64,000 nt of DNA from an uncultured SAR116 cluster alpha proteobacterium (GCA_902518965.1 CABYIQ010000004.1:35262-99261); one strand, 5' to 3'; positions 50,496 to 60,053 are shown, counted from the first letter of the stretch. Notes: generated by a model not told the origin, from the letters alone. A program made the numbers and translations.

Positions 50496-51398
50496 TTAAG
50501 AGAACTGGGAAAGCAAATCCAGTGAGGATTCGCCAAACGAAGACCTACTTTGTATTTCCAAAGTTTTCTGAAGTTTTTTCAGGGCGCGGTGTTCCAATTG
50601 CCTTACCCGTTCTTTACTAACACCCAAAATCTGGCCAAGTTGCTCAAGAGTGGCCCCTTCTTCATTCAGCCTCCGCTTCAGGATGATCAACCGTTCACGA
50701 GCACTTAGTTCGTTCAAGGCTTCGGAAAGCCATGTTGATAGCACTTTCTTATCATGAAGTTCAATAACCACTTGTTCAGGGCTTGGTCTCTCGTCTGCAA
50801 GAAAATCTTGGGCTTCATTTTCGCTCTCTGTGTTTACGGAAGCATTCAATGACATATCAGCACCTGACAAGCGTTGTTCCATTGTGACAACGTCTGTTAC
50901 TGTCACCCCTATTGACTCGGCAATTTTCTGACGCCCTTCTTCTGATAGAGGACCACCATCTGCCTCACCGATGCGCGCACGCAGGCGACGAAGCTTAAAA
51001 AAGAGGGATTTGTGCGCAGCAGTCGTCCCAGTACGAACAATGGACCAATTCCGCAAAATATGATCCTGGATAGAGGCCCTGATCCACCAAGCAGCATAAG
51101 TGGAAAAGCGAAAGCCTCGATTTGGGTCAAACCGCTTCGCTGCCTGCATTAGGCCAATATTGCCTTCCTGAATCAAATCACCATTCGCCAGACCATAATG
51201 GCGATATTTTGAAGCCGCACTAACCACGAGACGGGCGTAAGCCATAACCAGTTCGTGCATGGCTTGGTCATCATCATGGTCACGCCATCGCTTTGCCAGA
51301 TTCACTTCGTGTTCGCGATCAAGCAGTGGCTTTCGCATTGTCTTTCGAATGTAAGCGTTGTCCGCTTGTCGAATTTCCCCAGAATCATATGTAGCCAT
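50496..51398 (-). CDS. rpoH2: RNA polymerase sigma-32 factor, RpoH2-type
   Basis: DLIQEGNIGLM, RFSTYAAWWI, RpoH box variant ILRNWSIVRTGTTAAHKSLFF, GVSKERVRQLE; RBS favours ATG 51398 (alternative 51419). Confidence 0.88.
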   Translation of the reverse strand: MATYDSGEIRQADNAYIRKTMRKPLLDREHEVNLAKRWRDHDDDQAMHELVMAYARLVVSAASKYRHYGLANGDLIQEGNIGLMQAAKRFDPNRGFRFSTYAAWWIRASIQDHILRNWSIVRTGTTAAHKSLFFKLRRLRARIGEADGGPLSEEGRQKIAESIGVTVTDVVTMEQRLSGADMSLNASVNTESENEAQDFLADERPSPEQVVIELHDKKVLSTWLSEALNELSARERLIILKRRLNEEGATLEQLGQILGVSKERVRQLEHRALKKLQKTLEIQSRSSFGESSLDLLSQFS

Positions 51399-51420
51399 TA
51401 GCTCACCATCTTTCGTCATC

Positions 51421-51449
51421 TTCTACGGTAAGGTGGTGTTGGCAGATCA
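51421..51449 (-). promoter_or_regulatory. Putative sigmaE (RpoE-ChrR type ECF) promoter of rpoH2
   Basis: Minus strand TGATCT-N15-CCGTA, close to the TGATCC-N15-GCGTA consensus recalled for alphaproteobacterial sigmaE. Confidence 0.65.
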
Positions 51450-51504
51450 GAAGATCAGAAGAGTCCGTCGGTCCATTTCATCAGATGGAAAGACAAACAG
51501 ATTG

Positions 51505-52008
51505 TCAGGCCGCATCCATCATATCTTCGAGACGCACAGCGGCTGTTTCCTGATCAATCTCTTCAATCGCTGCAAATTCCCTGGCCAGCCTTTCCAGAGC
51601 TGCCTGATACATTTGTCGTTCAGAATATGATTGTTCAGTCTGAGGGTCGCGCTTACGCAGATCACGAACGACCTCTGCAATATTGACAGGGTCTCCAGAC
51701 TTTATCTTTGCTTCATATTCTAATGCGCGGCGTGACCACATTGTTCGACGAACCCGTGCTTTACCTTTGAGAGTATGAATTGCGTCATCCATATGCTTAC
51801 GTGAGGATAATGTCCGCAACCCCAAAGTCATCGCCTTTTCGAGAGGAACTCTCAAGGTCATACGCTCCTGTTCAAAGCGGATCACTAGCAATGTTATGTC
51901 GACACCAGCAATATCGCTTTTTTCTGTCCCGATGATTTTGCCAACCCCGTGTGTAGGATATACAACGAAATCCCCATCTTGATAAGAGAATGCTTGTTTT
52001 TTTGCCAT
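51505..52008 (-). CDS. carD: CarD family transcriptional regulator
   Basis: VVYPTHGVG, MWSRRA, AEVVRDL, QSYSER; start at MAKKQ. Confidence 0.94.
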   Translation of the reverse strand: MAKKQAFSYQDGDFVVYPTHGVGKIIGTEKSDIAGVDITLLVIRFEQERMTLRVPLEKAMTLGLRTLSSRKHMDDAIHTLKGKARVRRTMWSRRALEYEAKIKSGDPVNIAEVVRDLRKRDPQTEQSYSERQMYQAALERLAREFAAIEEIDQETAAVRLEDMMDAA

Positions 52009-52121
52009 GATTTTCAGAGTCCAAACCCGTAAAGGACAGCCGGGCCAGAGCAGCTTTCCATATGTATGTTTTTGTTTATCTGGCATCCGTCTGCACAAAA
52101 TGCATCGGCACCTGGTCTTGT

Positions 52122-52149
52122 ATTATACCACGGATCAGAAAGATTTCAA
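52122..52149 (-). promoter_or_regulatory. carD sigma70 promoter with extended -10
   Basis: Minus strand TTGAAA-16 bp-TATAAT with TG at the extended position (TGGTATAAT). Confidence 0.7.
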
Positions 52150-52179
52150 AATCAGCTCTCCTTAGTTCGATTGAAAACC

Positions 52180-52518
52180 TTAGTGTCCTGCGCCTGGTGC
52201 TTTTGTAAAATAGGTCTCAAATTTACCTGTTTCATCGCGTTTGGCGTCTGCTTCGGGCAGTGCATTGATTCTCTGCGTGATGTTAGGCCAGATTTCTGCC
52301 ATCTCCTGATTTAACGCTACCCAGACATCTGCGCCGGGTTCAGTATCAGGAAGTATCGCTTCAGGTGGACATTCAGGTTCACAAACACCGCAATCAATAC
52401 ATTCATCAGGGTGAATCACAAGCATGTTCTCACCCTCGTAAAAGCAGTCTACCGGACATACCTCAACGCAATCTGTATATTTGCACATAATACATTTGTC
52501 ATTAACAATATAGGTCAT
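52180..52518 (-). CDS. fdxA: 7Fe/8Fe ferredoxin FdxA
   Basis: [18 protein letters not shown]...[12 protein letters not shown]. Confidence 0.95.
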   Translation of the reverse strand: MTYIVNDKCIMCKYTDCVEVCPVDCFYEGENMLVIHPDECIDCGVCEPECPPEAILPDTEPGADVWVALNQEMAEIWPNITQRINALPEADAKRDETGKFETYFTKAPGAGH

Positions 52519-52592
52519 AGGCCTGCTCTGTTTTTCGGGTGGGTCTCAATCGGAATATGCGCATATCGGGTGAGTATGTAGTGTACTTTTTT

Positions 52593-53057
52593 TCATCCGG
52601 CAAGGCCAAGACGGTCGCGCGCGTTCTGTGCGGCCAAACCTGAATCCACATCTGACACAAACAGCAGACCGGCCAGCCTACGCATAAGCTGTCTTTCTAT
52701 TTTATCCAGACGCCCATCCGCAAGCACAACCATCCAGACCATTTCCATTACACCAATTCGTTCCTCATAGACAGATTTATTCCGCAAGCGGCTAATCAGG
52801 CTGTGCAACTCAATCCGATTTTCTGCTGCGTCAAGCGCATAATCCAGAATTTGTTTCATTTCATCATCAGCTAAGTTGAACTGGCTGGACACACAATCAG
52901 AGATGAGCTGAGTTTCTGCGGCTCCAATATTCCCGTCGGCCGCAGCAGCTTCCACCATTAAAGCGGTCACAAGTTCAGCCAGCTCGTGACTAAAGTCATT
53001 TTTATCTTCTGCATATTTTGTTGATGTCTGAAACCAGTCTGCAAATGTCTTGAACAT
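52593..53057 (-). CDS. TerB family protein
   Basis: ALMVEAAAADG...E and VVLADG...E..LMRRLAGLL motifs. Confidence 0.85.
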   Translation of the reverse strand: MFKTFADWFQTSTKYAEDKNDFSHELAELVTALMVEAAAADGNIGAAETQLISDCVSSQFNLADDEMKQILDYALDAAENRIELHSLISRLRNKSVYEERIGVMEMVWMVVLADGRLDKIERQLMRRLAGLLFVSDVDSGLAAQNARDRLGLAG

Positions 53058-53117
53058 TGTGATCGCCCTTCTTGTCTATCTTCGGTTTTGGATGATTTAT
53101 AGTTGTTTCCAGCAAGA

Positions 53118-53534
53118 TCAGGAAAACGGATCTTTCAGCTTTGTTGTCTCACGCCTGTCTTTTTTGGTTGGCCGGCCAGCTCCTATCAACCTGTTCTCAA
53201 AGCCGCTGTTATGAAGGCGCACTTCTTTATTGGTCTTCCTGGCTGGTGGGGGATCAAGATCAGTATAGAGCGTGGCAGCTTCTGCTGCCGGGCCGCGGCA
53301 CTTACCAATCTCGTCAATCCGAATCACACGGATGTAGGGGCCCTGTGCAAATGTCAAGACTTGACCGATTTGGGCCTGCCGGTGCGGCTTCGATGTGACC
53401 TCACCATTAATTCGCAGCTTACCGGATGAGATCAGCTTTGTGGCTAGGCCTCTTGTTTTAAAAAACCGGGCATACCAAAGCCATTTGTCCAGCCTAACCG
53501 ATGCACTTGCTATTTGATTGGCGTCTGCGTCCAC
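53118..53534 (-). CDS. S4-domain RNA-binding protein (Hsp15/HslR-like)
   Basis: RLDKWLWYARFFKTR, RGPA.EA..LY, GRPTKKDRR. Confidence 0.9.
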   Translation of the reverse strand: MDADANQIASASVRLDKWLWYARFFKTRGLATKLISSGKLRINGEVTSKPHRQAQIGQVLTFAQGPYIRVIRIDEIGKCRGPAAEAATLYTDLDPPPARKTNKEVRLHNSGFENRLIGAGRPTKKDRRETTKLKDPFS

Positions 53535-53552
53535 CTTATACCTGTATTTTTT

Positions 53553-56309
53553 TCATTTTTTGAGAGCTGACAAAACCGCGAAAGGCGAGTTTGGATCAGG
53601 TTGTTTCGCGCCGCGCCGCAGAGGGGCATGATTCTTTCTATGACCCTGTCTAGATGAAGACTTGGTTCTATTTTTATAGTTATCTTTTTTCTGTGCAGTC
53701 TGCTTTTGCTGCAGCCGCTGGGCGCGTTTTTTTTGTATCCGTTCAAACTGTGCAATTGCTGGTTTTTCCGGATCTTCTGAAGGCCGTTCACCCACCTGCC
53801 GGCAGCCAAGATCCTTGAGTATCAGCGCCATATCAATGCGACTCACACCAGCAAGAGACAACATATCATCTGATATTTCAAATACACCATCACGCGCTGC
53901 AGCCCGCACAAGGGCGGCCACTCGTTCAACCATATCCACGCGCATGATCCGTGACCCGAGGCGGCGATAGCCTGCCGCCATCCAGAACCCGCCTGCTACA
54001 TCTTTTGCCTCGTCAGGGACAGGGAAAGATACCCGCCCTTCAGGCGGCGGCCCGCAATTCGGAAAGGTCTGGTGATACAGACACCACAGCAATACACGCA
54101 AAGCGATAGGCGCTGGTTTCAGCATATCAGGAAGATATAAGGTCTCAGTACCTACCCGGAGACCAGCTTTGGCCAGAAGCGGCTTATCATTTTCTGTTGT
54201 TTCGTGAAGCTGGGCAGCCAATAGGCGGCGCTCAACCGTGCCCAGACCTTCGTAAATCTGCCAGAGCAGTCCCTTGGCCGCACCAGAGAGCTGGCGCGGT
54301 TGCGAAGTCGCTTGTACCGTCGTCTTGTCTACGGCAGCGGGCTGATCATCTGGCGCGGGAGTTTCTGTCTTTTCAATTGCTGAATTTTCAACTGCTTCTG
54401 CTTCTTCAGCAGGAAAAAGCTGATCAGGCTTTGACAGTGCGAGAAGAGGGGACAGTATTGTATGCACATGATCTGTTATAAACTGGTTCAGGCGTTCAGC
54501 CATGCGGGCTTTCTGATCCGTACTTAATAGGTCACTGTCCCCAACCTCTGCCCGCGGAGCATAAAGGTTGTCGCCACGCACAAGGCGGCCAACAACCGCA
54601 TCACGCCAGATGATCTGGCCTTTTTCATTAAGCCTGAAGGCTGGATCAGCAGATATCGTCAGTGCTGCCACTCGCCGTTCAATTTCATCAGGCAGGCCTT
54701 TGCGCGCCGCAGCCAAGATCATAGCTTTTTCGTCTGCGTCCCCACCTGTTTCTGATAATGAAGGATGAAAGGTAAAGCCATCAAGGCGGCCAACCTCCTC
54801 GCCTTCAACCAATACAGTCCCATCCAGTCTTACTGATGCAATCAAAACCGTCGATTCCTTTAATCTTCGTGACAGATGAGTTGCCCGCCGGTCCACAAAC
54901 CGTTGCGTCAAGCGGTTATGAAGCTCATCTGATAACCTATCTTCTATCGATTTGGCTAGCTCTTGCCAATCTTGTTTTGTGTCTGTCCAGCCATTTTTAT
55001 GGGTGATATAGGTCCAGGTGCGAATGTGGGCAATACGTGTCATCAACGTATCGATATCCCCATCCAGCCTGTCAAGATGCGAAAGCTGGGCAGCCACCCA
55101 GCGCGAATCCAGCTGGCCATGACGGGCCAGACTATCGAAAATTCGATCCAACATTACCACATGACTATCCGTTAAGGTCTTTCGGAAATCGGGAATTTGC
55201 GAAACATCCCATAAAATCCGCAGACGGCCCGGGCTGTTAGCCAGCGCGCGGATATCCGGCCGGTCTGCAAGGGTCTGGAGGGTAAGATGGTCAACCCCAT
55301 CACCTTTGCGCACCATAAAGGGGTAAGGCGGGGTCGCCTCCAGCGATTTCAGCAACCCGTCGAGCGTATTGAAATTCAGCTTGCGTGTCCGCCAGTACAA
55401 CTGGCGTACAGGCGGAAAATAATGCGTTTCAATCGCGTCGATTACTTCCTGTTCCAGCGCGCGGCAATCTTCGGTCACGCCAAATGTGCCATCTGTGGTG
55501 TGCCGGCCCGCCCGCCCGGCAATCTGGGCAAGTTCGGCTGGAGATAAACGCCTCATGGATTGGCCATCAAACTTGGAATCATCTGTTAGCGCAACATGGC
55601 CAATATCCATATTTAGCCCCATGCCAATGGCATCTGTGGCAATCAGGAAGTCAACATCACCATTCTGGTAAAGCTCGACCTGGGCATTGCGGGTGCGCGG
55701 TGAAAGCGCCCCCATCACCACCGCCGCCCCACCACGTTGGCGGCGCACTAGCTCAGCTAGACGATAAACTTCCGCTGCAGAAAAAGCGACAATAGCAGAC
55801 CGCCTCTGCAAGCGAGTTGTTTTTTTCTGGCCAGCATAAGACAGGCGAGAAAACCGGTCACGGCTTATAAATTCCGCATCAGGCAGAAGGGTCTGTAACA
55901 AAGGCCGCATCGTATGCGCCCCCAAAAACAGTGTTTCATGTCGTCCCCTAGCATGAAGCAATCTGTCGGTAAAGATATGGCCGCGTTCGCGGTCAGTACA
56001 GAGCTGAATTTCATCAACCACCACACAATCCACATCCCGTTCAAGCGGCATCGCCTCCACCGTGCAGCAGAAATAACGGGCATTCGACGGAACCAGTTTT
56101 TCCTCACCTGTGATCAGCGCGACCTGAGAAGGGCCCAGGCGAGCGACCAGCTTGTCATAATTCTCACGCGCTAGCAGCCGCAAAGGAAAGCCAGCCATGC
56201 CAGAAGCATATCCCAGCATCCGATCCATCGCATAAAAGGTCTTGCCTGTATTGGTGGGGCCCAGAATACATTTCACAAGGGCTGAAGATGATAAAGTGGC
56301 AAAGGACAT
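53553..56309 (-). CDS. SUV3-like superfamily 2 helicase
   Basis: GPTNTGKT, PLRLLARE, LITGEE, DEIQ, ATDAIGMGLN, QIAGRAGR, C-terminal DPNSPFAVL. Confidence 0.9.
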   Translation of the reverse strand: MSFATLSSSALVKCILGPTNTGKTFYAMDRMLGYASGMAGFPLRLLARENYDKLVARLGPSQVALITGEEKLVPSNARYFCCTVEAMPLERDVDCVVVDEIQLCTDRERGHIFTDRLLHARGRHETLFLGAHTMRPLLQTLLPDAEFISRDRFSRLSYAGQKKTTRLQRRSAIVAFSAAEVYRLAELVRRQRGGAAVVMGALSPRTRNAQVELYQNGDVDFLIATDAIGMGLNMDIGHVALTDDSKFDGQSMRRLSPAELAQIAGRAGRHTTDGTFGVTEDCRALEQEVIDAIETHYFPPVRQLYWRTRKLNFNTLDGLLKSLEATPPYPFMVRKGDGVDHLTLQTLADRPDIRALANSPGRLRILWDVSQIPDFRKTLTDSHVVMLDRIFDSLARHGQLDSRWVAAQLSHLDRLDGDIDTLMTRIAHIRTWTYITHKNGWTDTKQDWQELAKSIEDRLSDELHNRLTQRFVDRRATHLSRRLKESTVLIASVRLDGTVLVEGEEVGRLDGFTFHPSLSETGGDADEKAMILAAARKGLPDEIERRVAALTISADPAFRLNEKGQIIWRDAVVGRLVRGDNLYAPRAEVGDSDLLSTDQKARMAERLNQFITDHVHTILSPLLALSKPDQLFPAEEAEAVENSAIEKTETPAPDDQPAAVDKTTVQATSQPRQLSGAAKGLLWQIYEGLGTVERRLLAAQLHETTENDKPLLAKAGLRVGTETLYLPDMLKPAPIALRVLLWCLYHQTFPNCGPPPEGRVSFPVPDEAKDVAGGFWMAAGYRRLGSRIMRVDMVERVAALVRAAARDGVFEISDDMLSLAGVSRIDMALILKDLGCRQVGERPSEDPEKPAIAQFERIQKKRAQRLQQKQTAQKKDNYKNRTKSSSRQGHRKNHAPLRRGAKQPDPNSPFAVLSALKK

Positions 56310-56353
56310 GAGGGTTAAACAAAAATGCAGACAGGACAAGAAAAAGTTGGGCA

Positions 56354-56425
56354 GATGAGCGGGATGACAACCGCACAGCCGCACATCCCTCATCAACCCT
56401 TACCCAGCAGGGGGGCTTGAGTCAA
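56354..56425 (-). promoter_or_regulatory. Helicase operon promoter and 5' hairpin
   Basis: Minus strand TTGACT(56425-20)-17 bp-TAAGGG(56402-397), then an imperfect hairpin GATGAGGGATG...CATCCCGCTCATC (56394-56354). Confidence 0.55.
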
Positions 56426-56857
56426 ATAAAGGCAGGGATGAAAACAAGAGAGCGGTGATAGACATCAGCAAGCCAAACAATGACTTCTAAATTGGCTAAA
56501 AATGAAGTTTTGTCTGGTGAACTTTTTTCTTCAGAACAGTTATTGAAAGTATGATATGATTTGGGATTTATATTGTTTTTCACTCTGTTTGTCCTGCCGG
56601 CTGTGTTTGTCTCCAGATGGCAGAAGATTAGCCTTGGCGCATATGGCATCACAAAGGTTTTTTGATGAAAGGGCTGACCGTAGTCAAAAACAGATCCATC
56701 GCTGATTATCCGCGAGTGAATGAAGCCGCCTATGGGCAAGCGAGCAGACTCAGAAAATAATGAAAAAATTTACCCCTTTAATTTGCATAAAAAGAGGCAG
56801 TTAGATTTTTCAAAAATCTGATGATTTGTCAGACCCGTTCTGTATCTCTTCCGTCCG

Positions 56858-59662
56858 TCAAAAATGCACCGAATTAGTAATGGCCGGCGCAGATTGTGGC
56901 GGAGCAAAGCTGGTCAGGTCAATCCCTTCCACCGCCTCTTTATATTCATCAATGGTTGGGGTGCGGCCCAGAATGGCAGACAGCACAACAACCGGGGTTG
57001 AGGCCAGTAATGACTCACCTTTTTTCTCGTCCGAATCTTCGACCACACGCCCTTTGAACAGGCGAGTTGAAGTTGCCAGAACTGTGTCTCCCTTTACGGC
57101 TTTTTCCTGGTTACCCATGCATAAGTTACATCCTGGCCTTTCCAAATATAGGATATTTTCATAATCTGTGCGGCTGATCTGTTTCGGGGCATTGTCATCA
57201 AATTCAAAGCCTGAATATTTCTGCAGGATAGACCAGTCACCTTCTGCTTTCAGCTCATCAATTATGTTGTAGGTTGGTGCGGCTACAATCAGAGGAGCTT
57301 TGAATTCAACCTTATTTTTTGCCTTTTCCAGATTGCGTAGCATCTGAGCAACTATTTTCACATCACCCTTATGCACCATGCAGGACCCCACAAAGCCCAA
57401 ATCGACTTTCTTTTCACCCATGTAATGCGAAATAGGCCGGATCGTGTCATGTGTATATCTCTTTGAGACATCCGCATTATTCACATCCGGGTCAGCGATC
57501 ATCGGCTCGCTGATCGCATCCAAATCTACAACTACAGCTGCGGCATATTTTGCTGTGGCATCCGGAGCAAGAGCAGGGCGCCTGCCTGAAGTGATATCAT
57601 CTATTCGCTTTTCAGCGATGGCGATTAGCCCCTGCAGCATCTGATTTTCATTATCCATACCTTTATCTACCATGATCTGAATGCGGGACTTGGCAATCTG
57701 GAGTGATTTGACTAATGTGTCGTCCTCAGAGATACAGATAGAGGCCTTGGCTTTCATCTCTGCTGTCCAGTCCGTAAAAGTAAAAGCCTGATCAGCCAGC
57801 AACGTGCCAATATGCACTTCGATAATGCGGCCCTGGAAGATGTTGTCGCCAAACTGCTCCAGCATCTGGGCCTGGGTGGCATGCACAACATCACGAAAAT
57901 CCATATGGTCTGCCATGCTACCTTTAAAAGTCACTTTCACTGATTCAGGTACAGGCATAGAGGCCTCACCCGTGGCCAGCGCCAGCGCGACCGTGCCAGA
58001 GTCTGCCCCAAAGGCAACCCCTTTTGACATGCGGGTATGAGAATCCCCACCAACAATAATCGACCAGTCATCAACCGTGATATCATTCAGGACTTTATGA
58101 ATCACATCTGTCATGGGGGAATATTGCTCGTTTGCATCACGCCCAGTAATCAGGCCAAATCCCGACATGAATTTCATCAGTTTCGGGGTATTTTCCTGTG
58201 CCTTCACGTCCCAGACAGAGGCTGTATGACAGCCAGACTGATAGGCGCCGTCAACTCTTGGGGAAATCACTTTTGCCGCCATCGCTTCCAGCTCCTGAGA
58301 GGTCATCAGGCCGGTGGTATCCTGCGACCCAACAATATTCACCCTCACACGCGCGTCTGAGCCTGCATGAAGTACAGTTCCATCTGCCACACCGAGAGCA
58401 TTTGCATTGAAAATTTTCTCAACAGCAGTCAGCCCCATTCCTTCATGGGTAACAATCTTAGAAGGCGCAAAAACGGGCGCCGGGTCCATACCTAGCGTCT
58501 CAGCCGCAAAGCTCTGCAGCATTTTGCCAAACACAATCGCATAAGACCCGCCGGCACGCATGAATTCCATCTTCTGCGGCGTGAAGGACGAGGCAATATC
58601 AGCAAGTTCTTCACCGCCATGTGTGATCCCGCCTGCTTTGTATAGCTTTTTGGTCTTTGTATTGATTGTCAGCACGGTGCCGGTTTCAACAGAATATTTC
58701 TGTTCTAGAACCGGATTACCATCATTATTTAGAATAGGATTACCATCATCATCGAGCTTTTTCACCCAGTTTTTCAGGTCAACACCAATACCGCCTGTCA
58801 CTCCAACTGTGGTCTGGAAAATCGGTGAAATGCCATTCGTGCCAGCAACAATTGGTGCTATATTCACAAAAGGCACATAGGGACTAGCCTGGCGACCTGT
58901 CCACAACGCCACGTTATTGACGCCAGACATACGCGATGAGCCGACACCCATGGTCCCTTTTTCAGCGATCAGCATCACCTGTTTATCAGGATGCTGCAGC
59001 TTCAGGGCCTGAATTTCAGCCTGGGCTTGCGCAGAAATCATGCACTGACCATGCAGTTCCCTGTCTGAACGTGAATGCGCTTGATTGCCTGGTGAGAGCA
59101 GGTCAGTTGAAATATCACCCTCTGCGGCAATATAGGTGACCACATCAATCTGCTCATCGATATCAGGCAGCTTTGTAAAAAACTCAGCCTCTGCATAGCT
59201 TTTCAGAATATCTGTTGCGATGTCATTACCTGCTTCATGAGCTGCCTCAAGGCGTGATGTGTCTGCCTCATATAGAAACACTTGTGTTTTAAGAACCTCA
59301 GCAGCGCTGAGAGCAATGGCCTCATCCCTACCAAGCGCAAGATCCAAAAGCACATTAATGGATGGCCCGCCTTTCATATGAGACAGTAATTCAAAGGCAA
59401 AATCAGCTGTGATTCCAGATACGCTCACCAACCCTAAAATAATATCTTTCAAAAAACCAGCTTTTACTCCCGCAGCACTGGTTGTGCCCGGCAGCGTGTT
59501 GTAAATTAAATAGTTCAGACAATCTTTTGAATGTGCACTGCCCGCATCTGTAATATGCGTAATCAGTTCTGCTGTTAACGCACCATCATCAATTGGTTTG
59601 GGCTGAAGACCCCGTTTTGCCCTCGCGGCAATCTCAGCAACATAGGTGTCATATAAAGTCAT
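56858..59662 (-). CDS. acnB: Aconitate hydratase B (long form, about 934 aa)
   Basis: PKPID, STDLLSP, GVGSSRMS, GSQDTTG, QSGCHT, GGDSHTR, GSCM and PGCNLCMGNQ Fe-S Cys, TSTRLF. Confidence 0.93.
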   Translation of the reverse strand: MTLYDTYVAEIAARAKRGLQPKPIDDGALTAELITHITDAGSAHSKDCLNYLIYNTLPGTTSAAGVKAGFLKDIILGLVSVSGITADFAFELLSHMKGGPSINVLLDLALGRDEAIALSAAEVLKTQVFLYEADTSRLEAAHEAGNDIATDILKSYAEAEFFTKLPDIDEQIDVVTYIAAEGDISTDLLSPGNQAHSRSDRELHGQCMISAQAQAEIQALKLQHPDKQVMLIAEKGTMGVGSSRMSGVNNVALWTGRQASPYVPFVNIAPIVAGTNGISPIFQTTVGVTGGIGVDLKNWVKKLDDDGNPILNNDGNPVLEQKYSVETGTVLTINTKTKKLYKAGGITHGGEELADIASSFTPQKMEFMRAGGSYAIVFGKMLQSFAAETLGMDPAPVFAPSKIVTHEGMGLTAVEKIFNANALGVADGTVLHAGSDARVRVNIVGSQDTTGLMTSQELEAMAAKVISPRVDGAYQSGCHTASVWDVKAQENTPKLMKFMSGFGLITGRDANEQYSPMTDVIHKVLNDITVDDWSIIVGGDSHTRMSKGVAFGADSGTVALALATGEASMPVPESVKVTFKGSMADHMDFRDVVHATQAQMLEQFGDNIFQGRIIEVHIGTLLADQAFTFTDWTAEMKAKASICISEDDTLVKSLQIAKSRIQIMVDKGMDNENQMLQGLIAIAEKRIDDITSGRRPALAPDATAKYAAAVVVDLDAISEPMIADPDVNNADVSKRYTHDTIRPISHYMGEKKVDLGFVGSCMVHKGDVKIVAQMLRNLEKAKNKVEFKAPLIVAAPTYNIIDELKAEGDWSILQKYSGFEFDDNAPKQISRTDYENILYLERPGCNLCMGNQEKAVKGDTVLATSTRLFKGRVVEDSDEKKGESLLASTPVVVLSAILGRTPTIDEYKEAVEGIDLTSFAPPQSAPAITNSVHF

Positions 59663-59805
59663 ATTATCCCCCACAATGGATCATTATAGCCATCTGGTTT
59701 TCATTTGAGCTGAAAACGAGCCCCTGCATGCACCCGTCAACAAAAAACCAGGTTTACAGTAGCCCGTTATGCGAGCCCGAATTGTGTAAAACCCACTTTA
59801 ATTGC

Positions 59806-59940
59806 AAGTGATGATAAAGATAAGAACAGGCCTTTTGGGGAACGATACCCCGCAGAGCCTTGAGTGCGGTGCTATGGTGTCCCCCTCACCTCATCACTTA
59901 TCAGGTAACGGCCACGACAGGTGCGCCTGACTGCGGTCAC
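59806..59940 (-). ncRNA. Candidate structured RNA or leader upstream of acnB (not recognised as a known family)
   Basis: 94-nt multi-stem hairpin closed by AAGTGATGA/TCATCACTT (59806-14/59891-99), plus a second hairpin at 59905-59940. Confidence 0.4.
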
Positions 59941-60053
59941 GTTAAGATATAGCAAACTTCAGCCAGAAAGAGAAGGGGGAGTTCTGATGGCATCTGTTCG
60001 GTGAACGGAAAAAACTGACGTTCAGAGCTGCTGCCTCTGGACCGGATTGTCAG

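Noticed and set aside
56422-56739. 105-aa minus-strand ORF between acnB and the helicase
   Set aside because: No motifs, atypical composition, and it runs into the predicted helicase promoter
59806-59899. Possible SRP RNA, 6S RNA or SAM/SAH riboswitch
   Set aside because: Lacks the SRP GGAA loop and CAGG/AGCA motif, is too short and in the wrong context for 6S, and does not match riboswitch consensus sequences I know; kept only as an unknown structure
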